This document shows positions 35,100 to 46,150 of a stretch of 64,000 bases of DNA, in pieces. The notes below the pieces were generated by a model. That model saw nothing but the letters and a program-made list of their open reading frames with translations, did no database searches and was not told where the DNA came from. The number at the start of each line of letters is the position of its first letter. Position 1 is the stretch's first letter. The stretch lies in assembly GCA_900541235.1 (NCBI GenBank), contig UQIW01000008.1, positions 5,910-69,909 on the forward strand, in the 5' to 3' direction. Source of the stretch: an uncultured Collinsella sp. (GTDB lineage: Bacteria; Actinomycetota; Coriobacteriia; Coriobacteriales; Coriobacteriaceae). The position numbers and the translations under genes are program-made.

Positions 35100-35280
35100 C
35101 GAAGGTGAATGGTTTTCCGCGAAGTGAACGAGTAAATCTGGACCCCTGGGACATGCACACTTTTTCGAACAAAACTGCAGGATTCTTAGACAAAAACCGC
35201 AGGAATTGAGTCCTTAAAAATGTCGATGCTACAGGGTACTGTTTTTACTCGTTCACTTCTCGGAAAAGTATTCACCTTCG
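35100..35280. repeat. 181-bp MITE-like element with 37-bp terminal inverted repeats
   Basis: The left arm is CGAAGGTGAATGGTTTTCCGCGAAGTGAACGAGTAAA (35100-35136). The right arm at 35244-35280 matches its complement at 33 of 37 positions. The internal direct repeat AAAACTGCAGGATT/AAAACCGCAGGAATT is present. Confidence 0.4.
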
Positions 35281-35409
35281 ATATGCTGACGGTGTCTTTT
35301 TGGTTGCCAAGAACTAGACGGCCTGCTGTGAGGGGCGGTGGTGACGCTATGCCGCCTTGTTTCATTGAAAAAATAAGCGGGGTACCACCTAAGCTTTTTT
35401 AGCTGTCGA

Positions 35410-36108
35410 TTACAGATCGCGTACTCGATAAACCTTGGTGCTGACAGCGCAGCTGATTGCACATAGTGCGAGCGCCAGTACTGCAATTCCTGCACACAGA
35501 CAGCCAAGGACGGCGGGATCGGGATTCGCTCCGGCAATCGACATGAGCCAGTTGCTGATGGGGTTGGAGGAACTCAGCATTGCCATGGTGCCGCAGCCAA
35601 ACAGGGCAAACAGGCCAAGGGATAGGCGCAGCGCCTCCATGTGTCCAAATCGGAAGAACAGCGGCTGTGCCAAGAATACCATCATGAGGGAGATGAGCAT
35701 TGATGCCGCCGAGGCGGTTGCGATTTCAAAGATCGTCTGTCCCGTCGAAGGAATGCCCGCGCTGTTGAAGAGCGGGATGGAGGCGATGCTCAAAAGCGTG
35801 GCTGCACATGCCATGACGACCGAGAAGACAACGATGCACAGGTAGCGTGCGCAAATAATGTCTTTGCGCGAGAAGGGCAACGTTGCTCGATAACGCTCCC
35901 AGCCGTTTTGGTTATCGTAGCCAGCTAGCGAGTTCATGATTATGATGGGCGACATTGCGCTGACCGCACAGGCGCCGGCGCTCATACCGGAATCGCCGTC
36001 TGTCGCGTTGGCGAGGGTCAACACGACGAAGATGAACAGCCCGACACCCGCGATGCTCGGGGTGAGCGTGCGAACGATGGCGAGCTCGGACATAAAGGCA
36101 CGTTTCAT
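35410..36108 (-). CDS. ABC-2 family transporter permease
   Basis: It has 6 TM segments and overlaps the upstream ABC ATPase by 4 nt. Confidence 0.65.
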   Translation of the reverse strand: MKRAFMSELAIVRTLTPSIAGVGLFIFVVLTLANATDGDSGMSAGACAVSAMSPIIIMNSLAGYDNQNGWERYRATLPFSRKDIICARYLCIVVFSVVMACAATLLSIASIPLFNSAGIPSTGQTIFEIATASAASMLISLMMVFLAQPLFFRFGHMEALRLSLGLFALFGCGTMAMLSSSNPISNWLMSIAGANPDPAVLGCLCAGIAVLALALCAISCAVSTKVYRVRDL

Positions 36109-36986
36109 TTCGAAGTCCCTTTCAGCGTGAGGCGCAGATAGTCGTCAATGGTTGCCCGATCGCAGGGAATCTCGGGGAAGGCCTCGAGCGTTTCGCGACG
36201 GTTGGGCACGAGCACGTCCACGCTGTAGGCGTGGTGGACGGCACGGGCGCCTTCGACGCAAACCATAAGCTCGGCGGCCTGTGCTTGGGTACAGTGGGCG
36301 ATGCCGGCGCGGTCGGTAATATCCTCGCGCGGCAGGTCAAACACAATCGAGCCAGCATCGATGCAGATGACGCGATCAGCGGTGCGATCGAGATCGGACG
36401 TAATGTGGCTCGAGAGCAACACGCTGTGCTGGCCGTCGGCGACAAAGGCAAGCAGCTCATCAAGCAGTTCCTCGCGTGCCATGGGATCGAGGCCCGCAGT
36501 GGCTTCGTCCAAAACGAGCAGCTTGGCATTGTGGCTGAGCGCGCAGGCGAGCTGCAGCTTCATACCCATGCCGCGGGAGAGGTCCTTGACCTTTGTCTTG
36601 GGATCGAGGCCAAATCGGTTGATGAATCCGGCGAACGTTTCGCGGTCCCACGTGGGGTACGCCGGGCCTACGAGCGCCTCGATCTGGCCCACCTTGAGCG
36701 TGGAGGGGAAGGGGCACGTGTCCAGGACAAGACCGACGCGGGAGCGTAGATGGTGTTGCGACTCATCGGGCGCGTCGGCGCCACAGCGCTGCCCAAACAG
36801 GTGCACTTCGCCGGCATCGAGCTTTATAAGCCCGAGAGCAGCTCGAATCGCCGTTGTTTTGCCAGCACCGTTGGCACCAACGAAGCCGACGATCTGGCCA
36901 GGCTCCACGGCAAGCGTGACGTCGCGCAGCGAAAAGCGGTCGCTTACAGTGTGTGAGATGCCTTTGAGTTCAAGCAAGTTTTGCAT
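36105..36986 (-). CDS. ABC transporter ATP-binding protein
   Basis: It starts MQNLLELKGISHTV at the ATG at 36986. It has a Walker A (GANGAGKTT), an LSRGMGMKLQLACAL signature and a Walker B (LVLDEATAGLD). The upstream 155 codons of the track ORF are junk. Confidence 0.85.
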   Translation of the reverse strand: MQNLLELKGISHTVSDRFSLRDVTLAVEPGQIVGFVGANGAGKTTAIRAALGLIKLDAGEVHLFGQRCGADAPDESQHHLRSRVGLVLDTCPFPSTLKVGQIEALVGPAYPTWDRETFAGFINRFGLDPKTKVKDLSRGMGMKLQLACALSHNAKLLVLDEATAGLDPMAREELLDELLAFVADGQHSVLLSSHITSDLDRTADRVICIDAGSIVFDLPREDITDRAGIAHCTQAQAAELMVCVEGARAVHHAYSVDVLVPNRRETLEAFPEIPCDRATIDDYLRLTLKGTSK

Positions 36987-37009
36987 GGTATAGCCTTTCT
37001 TGCAGATGG

Positions 37010-37390
37010 CTACTGCATGGTTTCGGGGGCTACCAGGTCGAGCATCTCGTGCAGTTTGTCGCGCGTGACGCCCAAGGCTTCGGCTTGGCTTGCCGCTTTC
37101 GCAAGCAGCTCTTCGATATGACAGAGCTGGTTTTCGCGCAAAAGCTCCTGGTTGCCCTCGGCGACAAAACAGCCCTTGCCCTGCACGGTGCAGATAAACC
37201 CGAGCTGCTCCAGGTCGGCGTAGGCGCGCTTGGTGGTGATGACGCTCACGCCAAGATCGCTCGCGAGTGCACGGATGCTGGGGAGTTTGGCGCCCGCAGC
37301 GAGCGTGCCCGATAAGATCTGAGCTTTGACTTGCGAGGTTATCTGCTCGTAGATGGGCTTGTCGCTCGAATTGGATAGGATGATGTCCAC
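37010..37390 (-). CDS. GntR-family (YtrA-like) transcriptional regulator
   Basis: It has a winged HTH (PSIRALASDLGVSVITTKRAYADLEQLGFI). It has a GTG start and forms a ytrA-ABC operon layout. Confidence 0.8.
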   Translation of the reverse strand: MDIILSNSSDKPIYEQITSQVKAQILSGTLAAGAKLPSIRALASDLGVSVITTKRAYADLEQLGFICTVQGKGCFVAEGNQELLRENQLCHIEELLAKAASQAEALGVTRDKLHEMLDLVAPETMQ

Positions 37391-37417
37391 AGCGGCTCCT
37401 TAGCTGTTGGGCTACAC

Positions 37418-37451
37418 GTGTATATAACCGGTAAGCACAGTATATATACAC
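37418..37451. promoter_or_regulatory. Candidate GntR operator, a 9-bp inverted repeat GTGTATATA-N16-TATATACAC within the divergent promoter region
   Basis: It is a perfect inverted repeat 28-61 nt upstream of the GntR start. AT-rich TATATA boxes could double as -10 elements. Confidence 0.3.
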
Positions 37452-37605
37452 TATGCACAGTTCTGCAAGAGGTAAATACGGATTGGGCCGGCTGCCCAGG
37501 TCCCAACTGATGAATTTGTCCTGATAGGCGCCCTAGAGCGGGATTTCGCGGCTACAATAGTGCGGTTACAACGACGTAATGCACTCAATGCAAGAAAGGA
37601 TCCGC

Positions 37606-39219
<1,614 letters not shown>

Positions 39220-39375
39220 CGCATCGGCGCGGTGGCCCTGCGGGGCTGCCGCGCCGTTTGCTTGCCTGATGCCGTGTGAGCGGCTATCATACCCACCGTC
39301 GTCTCAAGACCGGGGCGTCCGAGCAGTTCGGGTCCGATATCCTGCTCGTTAAACCTAAAACCAAAGGAGTACATA

Positions 39376-40098
39376 ATGATCAAGAAGGTCATGGAGGACT
39401 ACAAGGTCCTGTTGCGGAGCATTCCCGCGGCAACGGTTTCGCTGTTTTTCGTGAGCGTCATCATGATGAACCTGCTGGCCAACAAAGAACTCATCAGCCT
39501 ACCGTATCTGGCGCTCGACTGTGGCTTTGTGGTGAGCTGGGTTTCGTTTTTGTGCCAGGACATGATTTGCAAGCGCTTTGGCGCCAAGGCATCCATCAAA
39601 ATCTCTATCCTCGCGCTGCTGGTCAACCTGGCCGTGAGCCTGTGCTTTTGGGCATGCTCACTCACGCCCGGCATGTGGGGCGCCTACTACGACACGGGCA
39701 TGATCGAGGTCAACACTGCCCTTAACGCCACCATCGGCGGCACCTGGTACGTGGTGCTGGGCTCTTCGCTGGCAATGCTCGTTTCTGCCGTGGTTAACTC
39801 CACGCTCAACCAGTCGCTCGGCCGCATGCTCAAAAAGAATAACTTTGCGAGCTTCGCCTTCCGCTCCTATGTGTCCACGGGTGTTGGCCAGTTTATCGAC
39901 AACCTGGTCTTTGCCATTGTAGTGAGCCACACGTTCTTTGGTTGGACCTGGGTGCAGGTCCTTATGTGCTCGCTGACGGGTGCTGTTGCCGAGCTGCTGT
40001 GCGAGGTCTTCCTGAGCCCTGTGGGCTACAAGGTCGTGCGCGGCTGGGAGCGCGAGAATGTGGGCTCCGAGTACCTCGAGCGCCACGCAACCGCCTAA
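39376..40098 (+). CDS. Queuosine precursor transporter (YhhQ/VUT family)
   Basis: The 240-aa protein has 6 TM helices and YhhQ-like motifs (FVVSWVSFLCQDMICKRFG). Confidence 0.75.
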   Translation: MIKKVMEDYKVLLRSIPAATVSLFFVSVIMMNLLANKELISLPYLALDCGFVVSWVSFLCQDMICKRFGAKASIKISILALLVNLAVSLCFWACSLTPGMWGAYYDTGMIEVNTALNATIGGTWYVVLGSSLAMLVSAVVNSTLNQSLGRMLKKNNFASFAFRSYVSTGVGQFIDNLVFAIVVSHTFFGWTWVQVLMCSLTGAVAELLCEVFLSPVGYKVVRGWERENVGSEYLERHATA

Positions 40099-40107
40099 GG
40101 AGCAAGT

Positions 40108-40788
40108 ATGCGGGTTTTGATCACGGGCGCTTCGGGCGGTATCGGAGCCGCATGCGTGCGGCGCTTTTTGGATGAGGGCCACGAGGTCGTGGGCTTTGAC
40201 CTGCTGCCGGCGGCGGTCGAACACGAGCGCTACCGCCATCTGATCGTTGATGTCCGCGAGCCTAACTCGTTTCCAGGCGACCTTGAGCCTCAGGTAATCG
40301 TGAACGTTGCCGGTACGCAGGAATCGGCCGACGACATCGCCGCCAACCTGTATGGCACCATCAACGTGACCGAGCGCTACGCCTTTGTGGGGGAGGGGCT
40401 TGCCGCCAAGCCGGCGCCGGCTATCAAATCCGTGGTCAATGTGGGGTCGGCGAGCGGGCATACGGGATCAGAGTTTCCCGCTTATGCCGCCAGCAAGGGC
40501 GGCGTTATCGCCTACACCAAGAACCTTGCAAACCGCCTGGCGCCGCAGGCCATCGCCAACAGTGTGGACCCGGGCGGCGTTATCACGCCGCTCAACCGTT
40601 GCGTGATGGAAGACGAGCACCTGTGGAATCAGATTATGGAGCTTACGCCGCTTAAACGCTGGGCCACCGCCCAAGAGATCGCCGAGTGGATCTACTTTGT
40701 GGGCGTGACCAACCAGTTTATGACCGGACAGAGTCTGTTGATCGATGGCGGCGAGGCCGGCCGCACGCAATTTATTTGGCCCGAATAG
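40108..40788 (+). CDS. SDR-family short-chain oxidoreductase
   Basis: It has TGASGGIG Rossmann motifs and a YAASK catalytic motif. Confidence 0.8.
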   Translation: MRVLITGASGGIGAACVRRFLDEGHEVVGFDLLPAAVEHERYRHLIVDVREPNSFPGDLEPQVIVNVAGTQESADDIAANLYGTINVTERYAFVGEGLAAKPAPAIKSVVNVGSASGHTGSEFPAYAASKGGVIAYTKNLANRLAPQAIANSVDPGGVITPLNRCVMEDEHLWNQIMELTPLKRWATAQEIAEWIYFVGVTNQFMTGQSLLIDGGEAGRTQFIWPE

Positions 40789-40838
40789 GTAACGCGCCCG
40801 ATGGAAAGCCGTCGGGCGCGTTTTTGATGTATCGATTT

Positions 40839-41564
40839 TTAGCCGAGGCAGGTCCAGTTGACGGGGGTCGAGCCGTACTGTTCGAGTAGCCGATTGGCTG
40901 CCGAGAAGGGACGCGACCCCATAAAGGCGGGGAGTTCTGCCGTGGCACGATTGGCCGAAAGCGGCGAGGGGTGCGTGGAGGCCAGACAGAACTTGTCGGT
41001 TGCCTTGCCCGCGTCAGTTGCGACGAGCTTGCCCTCGACCATCTGCTGGGCAAAGCGGCCCCATGCCAAAAAGACAACCGGTTGAGGCAGCTGGCAGCAG
41101 CGTTCGATAACGTAGTCGGTGAGCGTGCTCCAGCCCAGCTTGGCGTGCGAGTTCGCGGCATGCTCGCGCACGGTGAGCGTAGTGTTGAGAAGCAGGACGC
41201 CCTGTTGTGCCCATGGCGTTAAATCTCCTGTGGCGGGAATGGGACAACCCAGGTCGGCATTGAGTTCCTTGTAGATGTTGCGCAGGCTCGGCGGCAACTT
41301 GGTTTGCGTCGCGGGGACCGAGAACGACAGCCCCATGGCCTGGTTGGGTCCGTGATAGGGGTCTTGACCCAAGATGACAACCTTGACCTGGTCGGCCGGC
41401 GTGTAGGCGAGGGCATTGAGGATGTCGTCTTGTGCCGGGTAGATAGTCTGCTCGGCACGCAAAAGGGCGATGCGCTCGAGCAGCTGGTTCGTAGTGTCAC
41501 GTACCGGCTGCGGTGCATCGCCCAACCAAGTTGCTATGTTGCGGTCGCGGGTCGCGGCGTCCAT
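40839..41564 (-). CDS. ung: Uracil-DNA glycosylase, family 1
   Basis: It has the GQDPYHG water-activating loop and the HPSPLS motif. Confidence 0.9.
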   Translation of the reverse strand: MDAATRDRNIATWLGDAPQPVRDTTNQLLERIALLRAEQTIYPAQDDILNALAYTPADQVKVVILGQDPYHGPNQAMGLSFSVPATQTKLPPSLRNIYKELNADLGCPIPATGDLTPWAQQGVLLLNTTLTVREHAANSHAKLGWSTLTDYVIERCCQLPQPVVFLAWGRFAQQMVEGKLVATDAGKATDKFCLASTHPSPLSANRATAELPAFMGSRPFSAANRLLEQYGSTPVNWTCLG

Positions 41565-41652
41565 GGGGCTCCTTTACGTCAGATGCTCTGTTGGCATCTA
41601 TTGTAAAGGCGCACCGGTTGCCTTTATGCCGCGGCTGTATGAAGAGCGGGGT

Positions 41653-42555
41653 CTACGAGACGTGCTCGGGCGCTCCTGCCATGCGAGCCTGTCCATGTGC
41701 GCGGAGGCGCGGAAGCTCGACGGTTGCCACCATGACGCCGGTGAGGATGAGGGCGGCGCCAAAGAAGGCGATGGGGCTCAGGACCTCGCCGACCAGGAAG
41801 AACGAGAAGACGGCGGAGCAGACTGGCTCGAGCGAGAAGGCGAAGCCGGTGGTCTCGGCGGGCACGTGGGGCTGCACGAGCGTCTGGGTGATAAAACCGT
41901 AGGCAGAGCAGATGAGCGCGAGGGCAACGACGACCACGATCTCGCTGGGCGTACTGGGAAGTGTGAAACCGCCAAAGACGCATGCGGCAATGCCCGAGAA
42001 CAGGCCGCCAAAGCCCAACTGCCAAACGCCCAGGGACAGCGGGTCGACATCTTCGACAAAGCGCTTGGCTACGATAATGTGGCCGGCATAGATAAAAGCG
42101 GAGAGCAGCATGATGAGCGCGCCCGGATTCAGGCTGGTGAAGTCGGTGCCCGAGAGCAGCAACATGCCGCAGGTGACGATGGCGGTGCCGATGAGCACTT
42201 TGCGCTCGGGGGCGCGGCGCAGCAGGGCGGCGTTGGCAAACGGCACGATCACGACCGTCAGGCTCTGCAAAAAGCCGGCAGTGGAGGCAGAGGTGAGGCT
42301 GGAGCCCAGGCACATGCAGGTGAGCTCGGTTGCCATGATGGCGCCGATGATGGCGGCGCGAACCATAAGGTCGCGGTTGATGCGCAACGCGTGCTTGTGG
42401 AAGAGCAGCAGGCAGACCACAAAGGCGATGATGCAGCGTAGCGCGACGATGCTCGTGGCGTTCATGCTGTCCATGCCGATCTTCATGAGAGGGTACGAAA
42501 AGCCCCATGCGACGGGAACGGAAAATGAGAGCGCGATTGCTTTTTTGCGATCCAT
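41653..42555 (-). CDS. DMT-superfamily (EamA-like) transporter, divergent from the LysR regulator
   Basis: It has 10 TM segments. The overlapping ORFs on other frames have Arg/His-rich junk composition. Confidence 0.75.
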   Translation of the reverse strand: MDRKKAIALSFSVPVAWGFSYPLMKIGMDSMNATSIVALRCIIAFVVCLLLFHKHALRINRDLMVRAAIIGAIMATELTCMCLGSSLTSASTAGFLQSLTVVIVPFANAALLRRAPERKVLIGTAIVTCGMLLLSGTDFTSLNPGALIMLLSAFIYAGHIIVAKRFVEDVDPLSLGVWQLGFGGLFSGIAACVFGGFTLPSTPSEIVVVVALALICSAYGFITQTLVQPHVPAETTGFAFSLEPVCSAVFSFFLVGEVLSPIAFFGAALILTGVMVATVELPRLRAHGQARMAGAPEHVS

Positions 42556-42713
42556 GGGACTCCTTTTGTTACAGAACGGTTTCGTACAAAGGATTCTGCT
42601 CCCAGATGTGGATGTAGTAAAGCGAATGTATCTTCAGTATGATTAAGAAATACTAATGTTGGCAGAAAAAGCCCTGGCAAAACGTTTTACGGCTGCATTG
42701 ATGTGGAGGTGCG

Positions 42714-43580
42714 ATGGCATCGCGGTATCAGATTGTTTGTATGGTGGTCGATCGCGGCAGTCTTAAGGGCGCGGCGGACGAGCTGGGCTATACGCAAAGT
42801 GCGGTGAGCCAGGCCGTCAAGGCACTCGAGCGCGAGCTGGGTACCACGCTTATCGAGCGCGGTAAGCAGGGCGTTTCGCTTACGCGCGACGGTAAACAAT
42901 ATCTGCCGTATCTGCGCCAGATTGTGACTGCCGAGGCTGAGCTCGAGGGCAAGCGCCAGGAGTTGCTGGGGCTTTCGTCGACCGATATTCGCATCGCGAC
43001 GTTTACCAACGTGAGTCGAACCGTGTTACCGCGTGTGATCCGCGACTTTGGGGCGCTGCACCCGGGCGTACGCTTTACCCTTAAGCAGGGCGACTACACG
43101 CGCAACGCCCAATGGGTGCACGATGGCGTGGTCGATTTTTGCTTTACGGCACGCGGGTTTACCGCTGGCCTCGAGAAGCGCGTGGTCTATCACGACGAGT
43201 TGGTGGCACTGTTGCCTGTCGCGCATCCGCTGGCGGCAAAGGAAAAGGTGACACTCGCCGACCTGGCTTCCGAGCCGTTTGTGCTTCTGGATGAGGGCGA
43301 ACAGAGCCTGGTGCTCGATACATTCGCGGCGCATGGCCTGTCGCCGCACGTGACGAGCGAGGTCACCGACGACTACACCATCATGGCGATGGTGGAGGAG
43401 GGCCTAGGCGTGAGCATGCTCTACCGTCGTACTGTGGAGGGCATGCGAGCCGATATTCGTGTGCGGCCCATCGTGCATGCCCCCTCGCGCGACGTGGTGG
43501 CGGCCTGGCGCAGCTGGGACACCATGCCTATCGCCACGAGGCGCTTTATCGACTATATGAGCTCGCATATTGTCAATTAA
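42714..43580 (+). CDS. LysR-family transcriptional regulator
   Basis: It has an N-terminal HTH (LKGAADELGYTQSAVSQAVKALERELGTTLIER) and a LysR substrate-binding domain. Confidence 0.85.
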   Translation: MASRYQIVCMVVDRGSLKGAADELGYTQSAVSQAVKALERELGTTLIERGKQGVSLTRDGKQYLPYLRQIVTAEAELEGKRQELLGLSSTDIRIATFTNVSRTVLPRVIRDFGALHPGVRFTLKQGDYTRNAQWVHDGVVDFCFTARGFTAGLEKRVVYHDELVALLPVAHPLAAKEKVTLADLASEPFVLLDEGEQSLVLDTFAAHGLSPHVTSEVTDDYTIMAMVEEGLGVSMLYRRTVEGMRADIRVRPIVHAPSRDVVAAWRSWDTMPIATRRFIDYMSSHIVN

Positions 43581-43607
43581 TGACTGGCGTGGCGTTGGGT
43601 GCGGTGT

Positions 43608-44990
43608 TTAGCGGGCTGTCGCTTTGGCTTGGGTGGCGCGATAGGTGCGTGCCGGGTGGCAGAGTAGCACCGCCACGACCATAAAGAACGCCGTGGTGCC
43701 CAGGCTGATGGGGTAGACCATCATGATGTTCGCAAAGGTGCGGAAGTGCGGGAACACGCAGAACACCCAATAGAAGCGGATGCCGCAGACGCAGATCATG
43801 GTGATGAGGGCGGGCGTGAGCGAGATACCAAAGCCGCGCAGGTAGCCGGACATGTTTTCGTAGAACATGCTAAAGGCGTACGCCGGGAAGATCGAGCACA
43901 CGCGGATATAGCCGATCGAGACGATGTTGGGATCACTGTTGAACAGCGACAAGATCTCACGCCCCAGGCCGACAATAACGATAATTGTGGTGAGCGCGAC
44001 GATACCGCCTTCGACCAGGCAGACCTTGAGCGTTTTGGTGCAGCGGTCGATCTGGCGGGCACCGTGGTTTTGTCCCACAAAGGTGGTGCAAGCCTGGCTA
44101 AAGCTGTTGAGCAGGTTATAGCACACGTACTCCAAGCTCATAGCGGCGCTCGATGCCGCCATGACCTCGGTGCCCAGGCTGTTGATGGCGGACTGGATGA
44201 TGATGTTGGCGACGGCAAAGACGGCGCTTTGGATGCCGGCGGGCAGGCCGATCTTGACGATGCGCTTGAGGGCGACGGGGTCGATAGCCAAGTCACGCGG
44301 GGTGACGCGGACGACAGAGTCGGTCTTGAGCAGGCGGATAAAGAGCGTAGCGGCGCTGACGGTGTAGGCGATGGCGGTGGCGATGGCGACGCCCGCGACG
44401 CCCCAGTGAAGTACGGGGACAAAGATGAGGTCCAGGCCAATGTTGAGGACGGTGGACACGGCAAGCGCCTGCAGCGGCATGCGGGTGATGCCGACGGAGC
44501 GGAAGATCGCGGCCTCAAAGTTGTAGAGCAAAATCGAGGGCATGCTCAGCAAAAAGACGCGTAGATAGAGTGAGGCGAGCGGCATGGTCTCGGCGGGAAC
44601 GTTGAGCGCGGCGAGCATGGGCTCGGCAAAGATCTCGCCCAGAGCGATGACGACAAAGCCCACGAGTGCCATTAAAATCGAGGTATGGACGGCGCGTTTG
44701 ACCATGTTCTGATCGTTGCGGCCGATAGCGTTGGCGATGACCACGTTGGAGCCAAGCGACATGCCAATAAACAGGTTGAGCATAAGACTGGTAAGCGGAA
44801 CATTGGAGCCGACCGCCGCCATGGCGAGGGTTCCCTGGTCGCCCGAGAAGTTACCGATAATGACCGTGGCGATGAGGTTCGACAGCTGCTCCAAGATGCT
44901 CGTGGCGGCCACGGGGAAGGCGAACAGGGGAATATTGCGCCACAGCGAGCCGGTGGTCATGTCAATGTGCTTAGATACGGTGTCAGCCAT
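43608..44990 (-). CDS. MATE-family efflux transporter
   Basis: It has 12 TM helices and the MatE repeat pattern. Confidence 0.85.
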   Translation of the reverse strand: MADTVSKHIDMTTGSLWRNIPLFAFPVAATSILEQLSNLIATVIIGNFSGDQGTLAMAAVGSNVPLTSLMLNLFIGMSLGSNVVIANAIGRNDQNMVKRAVHTSILMALVGFVVIALGEIFAEPMLAALNVPAETMPLASLYLRVFLLSMPSILLYNFEAAIFRSVGITRMPLQALAVSTVLNIGLDLIFVPVLHWGVAGVAIATAIAYTVSAATLFIRLLKTDSVVRVTPRDLAIDPVALKRIVKIGLPAGIQSAVFAVANIIIQSAINSLGTEVMAASSAAMSLEYVCYNLLNSFSQACTTFVGQNHGARQIDRCTKTLKVCLVEGGIVALTTIIVIVGLGREILSLFNSDPNIVSIGYIRVCSIFPAYAFSMFYENMSGYLRGFGISLTPALITMICVCGIRFYWVFCVFPHFRTFANIMMVYPISLGTTAFFMVVAVLLCHPARTYRATQAKATAR

Positions 44991-45059
44991 ACGCTCTCAA
45001 TCTCTAACATGCTCTTTCGTGCTTATTTGCGCAGATGATGATACTCCTAATGCAACCAG

Positions 45060-45175
45060 TCGGCACTTGGGGACGTTCCTTTTCTGTCGGCAGCTGGGGA
45101 CACTCCTTATCTCTTCTAACTAGTCATTCAAGAACGTCCCCAATGACTAGGTGGGGAAGGCGTGAGACAATGGTG
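45060..45175. repeat. Family C MITE-like repeat, copy 4, in the divergent region between the MATE and rlmA genes
   Basis: TTGGGGACGTTCC...AACTAGTCATTCAAGAACGTCCCCAATGACTAG is followed by a GGGGAAGGCGTGAGACAAT tail that matches the copy 3 tail. Confidence 0.5.
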
Positions 45176-45206
45176 GGCGTTGTGTTGTTCGCGCTAAGGA
45201 GTTGCC

Positions 45207-46022
45207 ATGTTGTTGTGTCCCGTTTGCCATGAACCGTTGGTGGACGATGAGCGTGGGGCCGCATGTGCGGGCGGACACCGGTTTGACCGTGCGCGCGAGG
45301 GTTATCTATATCTACTGCGCTCGTCCAAGAGCGGCGACTCCATGGGCGATCCCAAGTCGCAGGCACGCAGCCGTCGTGACTTTCTAAACCGTGGCTACTA
45401 TGCGCCGTTGCGCGATGCAATGGTCGAGCTGGTGCGTGAGCGGGCGGCTGGGTGCGCTGCGTCTACGAACGGCCCCATGACGTTGCTCGATATTTGCTGC
45501 GGCGAGGGCTACTACACCAGCGCCATGGGCGCGGTGCCGGGTGTGGATGCTTACGGTTTCGACCTGGGCAAAGAGATGGTACGCCTTGCCGCCAAGCGCG
45601 GCGATGCGACCTATTTCGTGGCCAACATGAAGGACGTCCCCGTGGCCGATGGCGCCTTCGATATGGTGACCGAGCTCTTTGCCCCCTTTAACGAGCGCGA
45701 GTTTGCCCGCGTGCTGGCACCCGAGGGCTCGCTCTACACCGTGGTGCCGGGTGCCCGTCATCTCTTTGGGCTCAAGGAGGTGCTCTACGACACGCCGTAC
45801 CTTAACGATGAGAAGCTGCCGAAGACCACCGAGCTCGAGTTGGTCGGAACGCAGCGGGTGTCTGCGAATATTACGCTCCAGACCCAGGCCGATATCGAGG
45901 CGGTGTTCCAGATGACGCCGTACTACTATCGCACGCGCCCTGCCGACAAAGAGCGCCTGGCAAACCTGGAAACGCTCCAGACCGATATCGACTTCATCAT
46001 CGCCGAGTACCGCCACAGCTAA
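45207..46022 (+). CDS. rlmA: 23S rRNA (guanine745-N1)-methyltransferase RlmA-like
   Basis: It has an N-terminal zinc ribbon (CPVCHEPL...C..GH) and a class I SAM methyltransferase fold (LDICCGEGYYT). An AAGGAG ribosome-binding site is present. Confidence 0.7.
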   Translation: MLLCPVCHEPLVDDERGAACAGGHRFDRAREGYLYLLRSSKSGDSMGDPKSQARSRRDFLNRGYYAPLRDAMVELVRERAAGCAASTNGPMTLLDICCGEGYYTSAMGAVPGVDAYGFDLGKEMVRLAAKRGDATYFVANMKDVPVADGAFDMVTELFAPFNEREFARVLAPEGSLYTVVPGARHLFGLKEVLYDTPYLNDEKLPKTTELELVGTQRVSANITLQTQADIEAVFQMTPYYYRTRPADKERLANLETLQTDIDFIIAEYRHS

Positions 46023-46024
46023 CA

Positions 46025-46059
46025 ACCTGCCAAAAAGGGACAGGTTTATTTTGGTAGGT
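46025..46059. repeat. Family B palindrome (ACCTGCCAAAAAGGGACAGGTTTATTTTGGTAGGT) directly after the rlmA stop
   Basis: It has 11-bp complementary arms around an AGGGACAGGTTTAT core. It matches the copies at 62099-62133 and 62168-62200. Confidence 0.5.
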
Positions 46060-46076
46060 TTTATCTGGGCAAACGT

Positions 46077-46114
46077 AAAGGGCCGACCGCGGAGATGCGC
46101 GATCGGCCCTTTTT
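46077..46114. terminator. Bidirectional intrinsic terminator
   Basis: An AAA run precedes the hairpin GGGCCGACCGCG-gagat-GCGCGATCGGCCC, which is followed by TTTTT. Confidence 0.5.
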
Positions 46115-46150
46115 AGTTGCCTGGCTGCAGGGGTTATGAGAAGCGAGCGC

